Shown in pieces: positions 10,019-16,855 of a stretch of 25,063 nucleotides of DNA (within the stretch, counting starts at the first letter, position 1; each line of letters begins with the position of its first letter). Position numbers and translations under genes: made by a program. The notes under the pieces are model-generated. The model made no database searches, was not told the DNA's origin, and saw only the letters and a program-made list of their open reading frames with translations. Source of the DNA: a virus (lineage: Duplodnaviria > Caudoviricetes); the IMG/VR virus record IMGVR_UViG_3300017780_001066, positions 1-25,063 of that record; one strand, written 5' to 3'.

Positions 10019-11059
10019 ATGAGCATTGATTATTCTATGTTAAACGATCCTAATTTTATGAATAATATTGGGCAGAATGGTCCTGACGTTATTAAAGGTT
10101 ATGGTACTGGTATTAATAGAGCAACAGGTCAGTTCAATGCTCCTGCTGGTGGCTCTTCCGAAACTGATGTACAAACACAAGCGGATAATGCTGCTGCAAA
10201 ACGTCAAAAAAATCAACAAGATTATGAAGACCGAGTAAGAAACGCTGATAATCAAAGACGTATTGATAATGCTTCTGTAACTATGAAGCAGTTGGCTACT
10301 GACTATAATCTTATGTCTTTGTATAACAAAATGATTGAGTATGTTATTGCTGGCTATGATGATGCTGCTATTGCTTCTTTAATTAAGACAACTCCTGAAT
10401 ATAAGCAACGATTTCCTGCTATGGAGGCTCTTGCTCAAAAGGGTCGCGCTATGACTGAGGGTGAATATATTGAATATGAGCGTAAAGCCGCACAGTTAGA
10501 GAAGCAGTATGGTCTTCCTACAAGAATGATTCAAGACAATGTGACTACATTATTGACTCAAGAGATTTCTATTGATGAGTTAAATGATCGGGTTGTTTTG
10601 GCTTCTGGTGCTTCGGTTACTGCTCCTGCGGAGTTTAAGACCGCGATGAAAAATTATTATGGTGTTGATTCTGGTGGTTTGGCTGCCTACTATCTTGATC
10701 CTGGGATTGCTGCTCCTTTGCTTCAAAAGAACTATTCAACTGCTCTTATTGGTTCTGAGGCCATTAAACAGAATGTTGATCTTCAGTTGGATATTGCTAA
10801 TAACCTTCAAGATATGGGTGTTACTCAGGATACTGCTAGGCAAGGATTTGCTCAGGTTAATAGGGATCAGTCTTTGACTACTGGTAGGGGAGATGTTGTT
10901 GGACAAGAAAGTTTAATTAAGGGAACTTTTGGTGAACAAAACGCTGCTAAAGACATTGAACGTGCCAGAGGCGCGCGCGTAGGACAGTTCAAAGGTGGCG
11001 GTGGATTTACCTCTAGCGCACAAGGTGTCTCTGGTCTTGGCTCTGCTAAAACAAAGTAG
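10019..11059 (+). CDS. Hypothetical protein, putative virion/ejection protein (346 aa)
   Basis: SD-like AGGA upstream, helical body and Gly-rich C-terminus (FKGGGGF...SGLGSA). Last gene before the capsid promoter. Confidence 0.6.
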   Translation: MSIDYSMLNDPNFMNNIGQNGPDVIKGYGTGINRATGQFNAPAGGSSETDVQTQADNAAAKRQKNQQDYEDRVRNADNQRRIDNASVTMKQLATDYNLMSLYNKMIEYVIAGYDDAAIASLIKTTPEYKQRFPAMEALAQKGRAMTEGEYIEYERKAAQLEKQYGLPTRMIQDNVTTLLTQEISIDELNDRVVLASGASVTAPAEFKTAMKNYYGVDSGGLAAYYLDPGIAAPLLQKNYSTALIGSEAIKQNVDLQLDIANNLQDMGVTQDTARQGFAQVNRDQSLTTGRGDVVGQESLIKGTFGEQNAAKDIERARGARVGQFKGGGGFTSSAQGVSGLGSAKTK

Positions 11060-11069
11060 CGCGTTTCAC

Positions 11070-11098
11070 TTGACAGCCTAAATAATTGAGTCTACTGT
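11070..11098 (+). promoter_or_regulatory. Housekeeping sigma70-type promoter for the scaffold/capsid operon
   Basis: Perfect TTGACA (11070-11075), a 17-nt spacer and TACTGT (11093-11098, TAnnnT), in the only large intergenic region. Predicted TSS is near 11105. Confidence 0.8.
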
Positions 11099-11104
11099 TT
11101 AGTT

Positions 11105-11254
11105 AGAACTGAGTGCTCGCTTCTGAAAAGTAGATGGGCCGGTTCAATTATCCGCTGCATTTGACCCTGTGCGAGCGTGTACAAAAATGGGTGTACTTAA
11201 ACACAAACTCCAGCAGTGATGCTCCCGTTACTGCTGCGCTATGAAAGGGAAGTC
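11105..11254 (+). ncRNA. Putative structured cis-regulatory 5' leader RNA of the scaffold/capsid mRNA
   Basis: Four consecutive hairpins read by eye: 11106-11145 (GAAA tetraloop), 11153-11177, 11179-11196 and 11211-11236. The loop UCCC (11223-11226) is complementary to the SD GGGA (11247-11250). Confidence 0.55.
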
Positions 11255-11722
11255 ATGTCAACAAGTTACGACGAAGAATACGAAGTAGAGATAGACGAAG
11301 ATGAAGAGCAAGAGCCTTCAAACTTGAGGAAAGCCGCTAGACGAGGTTCTAAGGCTTCTAAAGAGAATGAAATGCTTAAACGGAAACTGGCTTTTTACGA
11401 AGCGGGAATCCCAATGAATGACCCGAAGATAAAGTATTTTATTAACGGTTATGACGGAGAGATTTCTTCTGACTCTATAAGGGCTGCTGCACTTGAAGCG
11501 GGTTTTATAGGTTCACAGAAACCAGAAGAAGTAAACGCTAACAATCAAGAAGTCTTTTCTGCTCAACAAAGAGTAGTAGAAGCATCACGCGGAGCAAATG
11601 TTCATCAAAACTCCGAAGCATCTGCTATGGCATTGTTGGAGCAGGCTATGGAAGAGGGCGGCGTCGAAGCAATGCTTGATATGGCACAACAATTTGGTAT
11701 GCAAATAGGCGAAGTCGAATAA
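11255..11722 (+). CDS. Capsid scaffolding protein (putative)
   Basis: Acidic N-terminus (MSTSYDEEYEVEIDEDEEQE), then a coiled coil (NLRKAARR...ENEMLKRKLAF), immediately upstream of the MCP. Start moved to ATG 11255 because of the AAGGGA SD; the track's 11216 start lies inside a hairpin. Confidence 0.75.
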   Translation: MSTSYDEEYEVEIDEDEEQEPSNLRKAARRGSKASKENEMLKRKLAFYEAGIPMNDPKIKYFINGYDGEISSDSIRAAALEAGFIGSQKPEEVNANNQEVFSAQQRVVEASRGANVHQNSEASAMALLEQAMEEGGVEAMLDMAQQFGMQIGEVE

Positions 11723-11737
11723 TAGGAAGGAACTTCA

Positions 11738-12775
11738 ATGCCAGCAGGTACAGGTACTCAAGGATCTAATCAAAACGGTCCTCTCGCAAATCCAGCGTAT
11801 TCACCGGGTGAGATTGTCACCGCAGCGGGTCCGCTATCAATTAACGCACCAGCACCAATCGTAGATATCACTCTTGGTAGTCAGTTTGTTACCAAGGCCT
11901 ACGACCTTATGGTGTACCCACCTCTACGTTCTGAACTGATCTTTGACCAGTTCGCTACTGTAAGGGCAAGCAATGTAACTCACCGTGGTGGTTCTGTTCG
12001 GTTCTCTTTCGTGGATGACCTTTCAATTCAAACCACTCCTCTACTCGAAAACAATGACGTTGATAGCATTGCGCTTAACAGCCGTGCTCTTACTCTGTCA
12101 ATGCGCGAGTATGGTACAGCGGTGACAAACACGGCTCTTATTCGTGGAACTTCCATGATTGCTATGGACCCACTTATTGCTGAGCGTGTTGGATACAACG
12201 CAGGAAAGTCTATTGACTCTCTTGCTCGTGTCGCTCTTGATGCTACGACAATCACTTATGATGACGCAAGCACCGCAACGATTGGTTCGATTGGTACAGG
12301 TTCAGGTTCATACTTGACAGGCCAAATTCTTCGTGATGGTGTGGCTCGTCTTCAGGCAGCAAATGTTCGTCCATTCCGTGGAGGTAACTTTGTTGCTGTT
12401 GTTTCTCCTTATCAGGCACAACAACTGAAGAGCGAATCAACTGATACAGGTTGGCGTTACACCGTTGGTCGTAATGACGGCGCTGGCGGAAACAGCATCT
12501 TCAACGGTGAGATTGGTACTTACGAAGGTGTTCGCATCGTCGTTAACAACAACCTCACTAACTTGGGTCAAGGATATTTGATGGGTGCTGAGGCTCTTGC
12601 CAAGGCATACAGCAACGCTCCCGGCTTTGGTCCTAATCCTTCAACCGTGGTTTCTCCTGTGGTTGACAAGTTGAAGCGTTTCGCTTCAGTCGGCTGGTAT
12701 CACTTGGTTGGTTACAGTGTGTTCCGTGCCGAGGCTTTGCTTCAGATTAAAACTGACGCTGGTCTGAAACCATAA
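11738..12775 (+). CDS. Major capsid protein (HK97 fold, N4-gp56-like family)
   Basis: 345 aa. Motifs LIFDQFA, TPLLE, LSMREYG, GYNAGKSID, GEIGTYEGVRIV and DKLKRFASVGWY are typical of this MCP family. Strong SD, more C-ending codons (suggesting high expression), and a terminator follows. Confidence 0.9.
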   Translation: MPAGTGTQGSNQNGPLANPAYSPGEIVTAAGPLSINAPAPIVDITLGSQFVTKAYDLMVYPPLRSELIFDQFATVRASNVTHRGGSVRFSFVDDLSIQTTPLLENNDVDSIALNSRALTLSMREYGTAVTNTALIRGTSMIAMDPLIAERVGYNAGKSIDSLARVALDATTITYDDASTATIGSIGTGSGSYLTGQILRDGVARLQAANVRPFRGGNFVAVVSPYQAQQLKSESTDTGWRYTVGRNDGAGGNSIFNGEIGTYEGVRIVVNNNLTNLGQGYLMGAEALAKAYSNAPGFGPNPSTVVSPVVDKLKRFASVGWYHLVGYSVFRAEALLQIKTDAGLKP

Positions 12776-12780
12776 TTTGT

Positions 12781-12818
12781 TGACTGGCTCCTCATTCGTT
12801 GGGGAGCCAGTCACTTTT
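12781..12818 (+). terminator. Intrinsic terminator after major capsid gene
   Basis: 14-bp stem TGACTGGCTCCTCA / TGGGGAGCCAGTCA (one G-U pair), TTCGT loop, then CTTTT. The short U tract suggests partial read-through. Confidence 0.85.
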
Positions 12819-12832
12819 ACTAAGGAGATATC

Positions 12833-13366
12833 ATGGCTAAACCTGCAAGTGGAATGTATAAGACTAAGGCTCGTAACCTTACTGACGCACAGTTAAAACG
12901 TGCTAAGGGTGCTGGTGCTGCTGCTAAACGAACTGTTTCTGTTAGTGACACTAAGCGTGAAACTACTGGCGCTAATAAAGGTTTTACTCTTGGTCCGGGT
13001 GGTAAGCGTCTTACGGGAACTGTAATTATGCCTAACGGTGATCGTGCTGTTTACAAGGGTGGAAAGCGTGTTACTAACGTACCTAAGGCTTCTGCTGTAA
13101 AAAGCGGTAGTAGCGGTGGTGGTTCTAAAACTAGTCCTTACTCAATGACTAAGGGAAAAACTTATAGCAACAATAGTGTTAGTTCTAGTGTTCGTGAACG
13201 TAAACCTGCAAAGCAATACACTATGACTGCTGCTCAAGCAAAAAAGATGGGCGCTGAAGGTCCAAAGGGTAATCCAAATTCTTCTAGTTACGTTCGGCCT
13301 AAGCCAACAAAGAACGCTTATAGTAAGAGGATTGAATCCGCACTTGCCAGTAGAAAAGGTAAATAA
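12833..13366 (+). CDS. Lys/Arg/Ser-rich basic hypothetical protein (177 aa)
   Basis: TAAGGAGA SD. Very basic and low-complexity, with one small beta-like segment (GKRLTGTVIMPNGDRAVYKGGKRV). Confidence 0.8.
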   Translation: MAKPASGMYKTKARNLTDAQLKRAKGAGAAAKRTVSVSDTKRETTGANKGFTLGPGGKRLTGTVIMPNGDRAVYKGGKRVTNVPKASAVKSGSSGGGSKTSPYSMTKGKTYSNNSVSSSVRERKPAKQYTMTAAQAKKMGAEGPKGNPNSSSYVRPKPTKNAYSKRIESALASRKGK

Positions 13367-13368
13367 TC

Positions 13369-14028
13369 ATGGCTACTAAATTTCGTGGATCTGAGGGTCC
13401 TAAGCGTAGTGTTGCAAAGTCAACTGCTGTTAACCGTATTGCTGCTTCTAAAAGGGCATCAGTAAAAAGGTCTTCTGCTGAAGGTCCTAAGAAGAGTACT
13501 TCTAAGCCTACTTCTATGCAAAGTTATATGGCTAAGAATCCTCCAAGGATTGTTGAGTCTGGTGTAGGAAATATCCCTATGACTATTGCTCGTGCTGGTA
13601 AAGCAGCGGTTGATTTTTTTAAGGGACCTGCTGTTAAAGTTACTCCTAAGCCTTCTTCTTTTAAGTCTACAACTTCAGGTGTTAGTAAAAAAACTGGTGG
13701 TCCATTGAAGAATGGTAAGCCAGTTAAGTTGGGTCCTCGTAATAAAACTTCTTTTACTCCTGCTGAAAAGGCTGCTCGAACTCGTGCCATGAAAAAGGCT
13801 CGTGCTGCTTATGCTGCTGAGGGTCCAAAGAAATCTGTTTCTTCTGCTCGTACTACTGCTTTTACTAACAAAAGAGTTATGGGTGCTGGTGCTGCTGTTG
13901 GTGGAACTACTGCTCTTGCTGCTGCTGCTTCAAAAAGAGGTAGTTCACCAAAATCAAATTCTCTTCCCAAAGGCGCTTCTATGGGCAAGATGGTTTGGAA
14001 TGGTAGTACTTGGGTTAAGAAGAAGTAA
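13369..14028 (+). CDS. Lys/Ala/Ser-rich basic hypothetical protein (219 aa), histone-H1-like composition
   Basis: AAGGT SD. Only 6 acidic residues, three EGPK motifs, and a C-terminal WNGSTWVKKK. Confidence 0.8.
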   Translation: MATKFRGSEGPKRSVAKSTAVNRIAASKRASVKRSSAEGPKKSTSKPTSMQSYMAKNPPRIVESGVGNIPMTIARAGKAAVDFFKGPAVKVTPKPSSFKSTTSGVSKKTGGPLKNGKPVKLGPRNKTSFTPAEKAARTRAMKKARAAYAAEGPKKSVSSARTTAFTNKRVMGAGAAVGGTTALAAAASKRGSSPKSNSLPKGASMGKMVWNGSTWVKKK

Positions 14029-14298
14029 GTGGCTACTCCTGCGTGGCAGCGGTCTGAAGGCAAGAACCCTAAAGGGGGTTTGAACGCTAAAGGTCGTGCG
14101 TCTTACAAGAAAGCAACTGGTGGGACTTTGAAGCCTCCTGTTAAGAAGGCTGCTGCTAAGAAGTCTCCTAAGGCTGCTGCTCGTAGGAAGTCGTTTTGTG
14201 CAAGAATGAAGGGTATGAAAAAAGTTAATACTTCGGCTAAGACAGCGAAGAATCCTAATAGTCGTATTAACAAATCATTGAGAGCGTGGGATTGCTAA
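14029..14298 (+). CDS. Conserved small basic phage protein (DUF6321-like, 89 aa)
   Basis: GTG start abutting the previous stop. PAWQRxEGKNPKGGLNAKGRASY...RRKSFCARM...SRINKSLRAWDC is a recognisable, widespread phage family signature. Confidence 0.8.
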   Translation: MATPAWQRSEGKNPKGGLNAKGRASYKKATGGTLKPPVKKAAAKKSPKAAARRKSFCARMKGMKKVNTSAKTAKNPNSRINKSLRAWDC

Positions 14299-14438
14299 TG
14301 TGTATGAAATGTGGTTGTGGCAAGAAGGCTGGTCAAAAGGGTTACGGTATGGGTCCTGCTAAGAAAATGGCCGCTAAACCGACTTCTAAGTCTTCTATGA
14401 TGAAGAAGCCTATGAAGAAAATGTCTCGTGGTAAGTAA
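14298..14438 (+). CDS. Small Cys/Lys/Met-rich basic protein, 46 aa (not in ORF track)
   Basis: MCMKCGCGKKAGQKGYGMGPAKKMAAKPTSKSSMMKKPMKKMSRGK*. TAATG coupling to the previous gene, and codon usage like its neighbours. Confidence 0.75.
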   Translation: MCMKCGCGKKAGQKGYGMGPAKKMAAKPTSKSSMMKKPMKKMSRGK

Positions 14439-14586
14439 ACCTTTTTGGGAAACGACTAATCCTAAGAAAAAATCTACGCCTTTGACAGCGAGCCAGAAGG
14501 CTGCTGCTAAGCGTAGGGCTAAGGCTGCTGGTCGTCCGTATCCTAATCTTGTTGATAATGCTGCGGTTAAAAGAAAGAAGAAGTAG
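14428..14586 (+). CDS. Small basic protein, about 52 aa, with AGRPYPNLVDN motif (not in ORF track)
   Basis: GTG start: MVSKPFWETTNPKKKSTPLTASQKAAAKRRAKAAGRPYPNLVDNAAVKRKKK*. The stop overlaps the next GTG (TAGTG). Confidence 0.75.
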   Translation: MVSKPFWETTNPKKKSTPLTASQKAAAKRRAKAAGRPYPNLVDNAAVKRKKK

Positions 14587-14918
14587 TGACTGTTCAGGTG
14601 CAGTTGTTGGGTCGTGGTACTTATGGTCCTAGTAATATTCAAGGCCCAGGAATTTCACCGTTGTGGTCGTTTTTTCTTTCTCCTCCAGCGCAGAATAGTG
14701 TTGTTATTTATAATGATGGTTCTGTTGTTGAGCGTCAGACTTTTGAAAATAAGGATATTCAGGATGATGACGTTCATACTTTTATTCTTGGTGGTACGGA
14801 TTATCGTACTGATGTTGGTTCCTTTGAGTACGATTCGTTGACAGAGGCAGGGTACACTTGGCGTAATGTTTACACGGATAACGTGTATCCTGAAACCTAC
14901 GATACACAGTTTAACTAG
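14586..14918 (+). CDS. Hypothetical acidic protein (110 aa), probable virion component
   Basis: TAGTG coupling and typical codon usage. Lies between the basic cluster and the fibre gene. Confidence 0.7.
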   Translation: MTVQVQLLGRGTYGPSNIQGPGISPLWSFFLSPPAQNSVVIYNDGSVVERQTFENKDIQDDDVHTFILGGTDYRTDVGSFEYDSLTEAGYTWRNVYTDNVYPETYDTQFN

Positions 14919-14927
14919 GAGTGTTTA

Positions 14928-15971
14928 ATGGCTAATTTGACGCTGCCTACCCCGAATAAGACTCCGGGTGATGGTACACCGGCTGGTGATACTAATCTTA
15001 TTATTGAAGCAATTAATACTCTTAATTCAGCGGTAGAGGGTCTTCCTGCTGGTCCTACTGGTCCTACTGGTCCTGAAGGTCCTCAGGGTCCTCAGGGTAT
15101 TCAAGGTCCTACTGGTCCTACTTCTACAACTCCGGGTCCTCAAGGTCCTGTTGGTCCTGAGGGTCCTCAGGGTCCATCTGGTGCTGATAACTATTCAACT
15201 ACTCCTGCTAGTAATCTTGGTACTGCTTCTGCTGGAAATACCAATACGGTGTCTCGCGGTAACCATGTTCATAATATGCCAACGTACACAGATGTTGGTG
15301 CTGCTCCTGCTACTGGGATAAGTCCTAGTGCTATTACGGGTACTGCCGTGGTTACGGCTGATTCACGATTGTCTGATGCTCGCACTCCAACGGCGCATAA
15401 GGTTTCTCATTCAACTGGTGGAACTGACGCTCTTGTTGCTAGTGATATTGGTGCTGCACCGGCAACTGGTATTTCTCCTTCGGCTATTACTGGCACAGCG
15501 GTTGTTACAGCGGATTCACGGTTGAGTGATGCGCGTACACCTACAGCGCACAAGGCTTCTCATTCTACGGGTGGTTCTGATGCTTTGGTGGCTAGTGATA
15601 TTGGGGCTGCTCCTGCCACGGGTATTTCACCGTCAGCAATTACTGGGACGGCTGTTGTTACCGCTGACTCTCGTTTGTCGGATGCTCGTACACCTACTGC
15701 TCACGCTGCTTCTCATCAAACGGGTGGGTCTGATGCTTTAACTTTGGCAGCAAATCAGGTTACTGGTACTGCAATTGTTCAGTCTATTGTTGATGCTAAG
15801 GGTGATTTGATTGCTGCTACTGGCGCGGATGCTGTTGCCCGTATAGCGGTGGGTACTAATGGTTATGTTCTTACTGCTGATTCTGCCGAAGCAACAGGGT
15901 TGAAGTGGGCTATTGCTGCTGCTCCTGTTGATGATCCACTTCCAACGGCTATGTTCCTAGGAGGTATGTAG
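14928..15971 (+). CDS. Collagen-like fibre protein with three 51-aa His-containing repeats
   Basis: AGGAG SD, G-X-Y triplets, triple repeat, and a C-terminal [39 protein letters not shown] module common in phage fibres. Confidence 0.8.
   Translation: MANLTLPTPNKTPGDGTPAGDTNLIIEAINTLNSAVEGLPAGPTGPTGPEGPQGPQGIQGPTGPTSTTPGPQGPVGPEGPQGPSGADNYSTTPASNLGTASAGNTNTVSRGNHVHNMPTYTDVGAAPATGISPSAITGTAVVTADSRLSDARTPTAHKVSHSTGGTDALVASDIGAAPATGISPSAITGTAVVTADSRLSDARTPTAHKASHSTGGSDALVASDIGAAPATGISPSAITGTAVVTADSRLSDARTPTAHAASHQTGGSDALTLAANQVTGTAIVQSIVDAKGDLIAATGADAVARIAVGTNGYVLTADSAEATGLKWAIAAAPVDDPLPTAMFLGGM
15051..15188 (+). repeat. Collagen G-X-Y repeat (8 + 6 triplets with an STTP interruption)
   Basis: [46 protein letters not shown], with ggtcct recurring at a 9-nt period. 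Confidence 0.9.
15291..15749 (+). repeat. Three tandem 153-bp (51-aa) coding repeats
   Basis: Units start at 15291, 15444 and 15597. The 34-aa core [34 protein letters not shown] is identical in all three. Confidence 0.95.
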
Positions 15972-16855
15972 TGACTACTGTTGCTGATCTTGTAGCGGAT
16001 GTTCGTAGGCGCGTGTATGGGTCTATGACTGAGAATGTAAATCTTGTTCAGACTTCTGCGTCAGCGGGTCAAACAAGTTTTCAGTTGGAACTTGGTGTTG
16101 ATGGTATTCAGAAAGGCATGTTGTTGTCTTCTGGTTTGAACGTGTGGTTTGTTAAGGGTGTTTACTCTACGGACAATACTGTGTTTGTTATTCCGGGTTA
16201 CGATAATTCACCTAAGACTGCTATTACTACTGGGGACATGGTGTATGTGCGTCCTCGTATGACTGACTGGTATGCGTTTAACGCTATCAATGACCAGTTG
16301 CGTAGGTTGTCTTCTCCTGATGCTGGGTTGTACAAGATTGGTACTTGGGTTGCTGATGTTGATTCAACATATCAGACTTATGTTGTTCCTGTTGAAGCAG
16401 AGAACATGATTAATCTTCTTCGTGTACGTTGGCGTTCTCCGGGTACTACTGATGTGTGGACTGAAATTTCTAATAGGTACTATCGTTGGATTTATAGTAA
16501 TGAACAAAACATTGTTCGTTTACTTTACAATGTTCCTTCTGGTACTGAAATTGAGTTTGTTTATAAGGCTCCCTTTTCACAGGCTACAAGTCTTGATGAT
16601 GATCCTGTTGAGGATCTTGGTTTGTCTGAGTCTATGTTGGATATTCCTGCTTTAGGTGCAGCGGTTGATTTGTTGCGTACTACTGAGTCTAGGCGTAATC
16701 AGGTTTCTAATCAGGGTGATTCTCGTCGTCCTGATGAAGTTTCTATGACTGCTAATAGTTCTATTGCTGGTGTTTTAGAAAGAGATTATCGTCGTCGTGT
16801 TCAGGATGAAATGGCTAGGTTGGTTAATCGTATACCTATCTATAGGGGTCTTTAG
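15971..16855 (+). CDS. Putative head-tail adaptor / tail tubular protein A-like (294 aa)
   Basis: GTG start with GGAGG SD. N-terminal MTTVADLVADVRR and internal AFNAINDQL helices are typical of adaptor proteins. Precedes the nozzle-like gene. Confidence 0.6.
   Translation: MTTVADLVADVRRRVYGSMTENVNLVQTSASAGQTSFQLELGVDGIQKGMLLSSGLNVWFVKGVYSTDNTVFVIPGYDNSPKTAITTGDMVYVRPRMTDWYAFNAINDQLRRLSSPDAGLYKIGTWVADVDSTYQTYVVPVEAENMINLLRVRWRSPGTTDVWTEISNRYYRWIYSNEQNIVRLLYNVPSGTEIEFVYKAPFSQATSLDDDPVEDLGLSESMLDIPALGAAVDLLRTTESRRNQVSNQGDSRRPDEVSMTANSSIAGVLERDYRRRVQDEMARLVNRIPIYRGL

Noticed and set aside
11216-11254. ORF-track N-terminal extension of the scaffold
   Set aside because: It has no SD and starts within hairpin P4. 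ATG 11255 has the AAGGGA SD.
11100-11254. tRNA or other known RNA gene in the intergenic region
   Set aside because: No cloverleaf, T-loop consensus or CCA end is present. It is treated as a cis leader instead.
12760-12832. T7 10A/10B-like frameshift or read-through extension of the capsid protein
   Set aside because: There is no convincing slippery heptamer before the TAA. A terminator follows directly, and the next gene has its own strong SD.
15291-15749. Regularly spaced repeats as a CRISPR array or DGR template/variable repeat
   Set aside because: They are in-frame coding repeats with no spacers. Differences are synonymous rather than adenine-specific, and no cas or reverse transcriptase gene is in the window.
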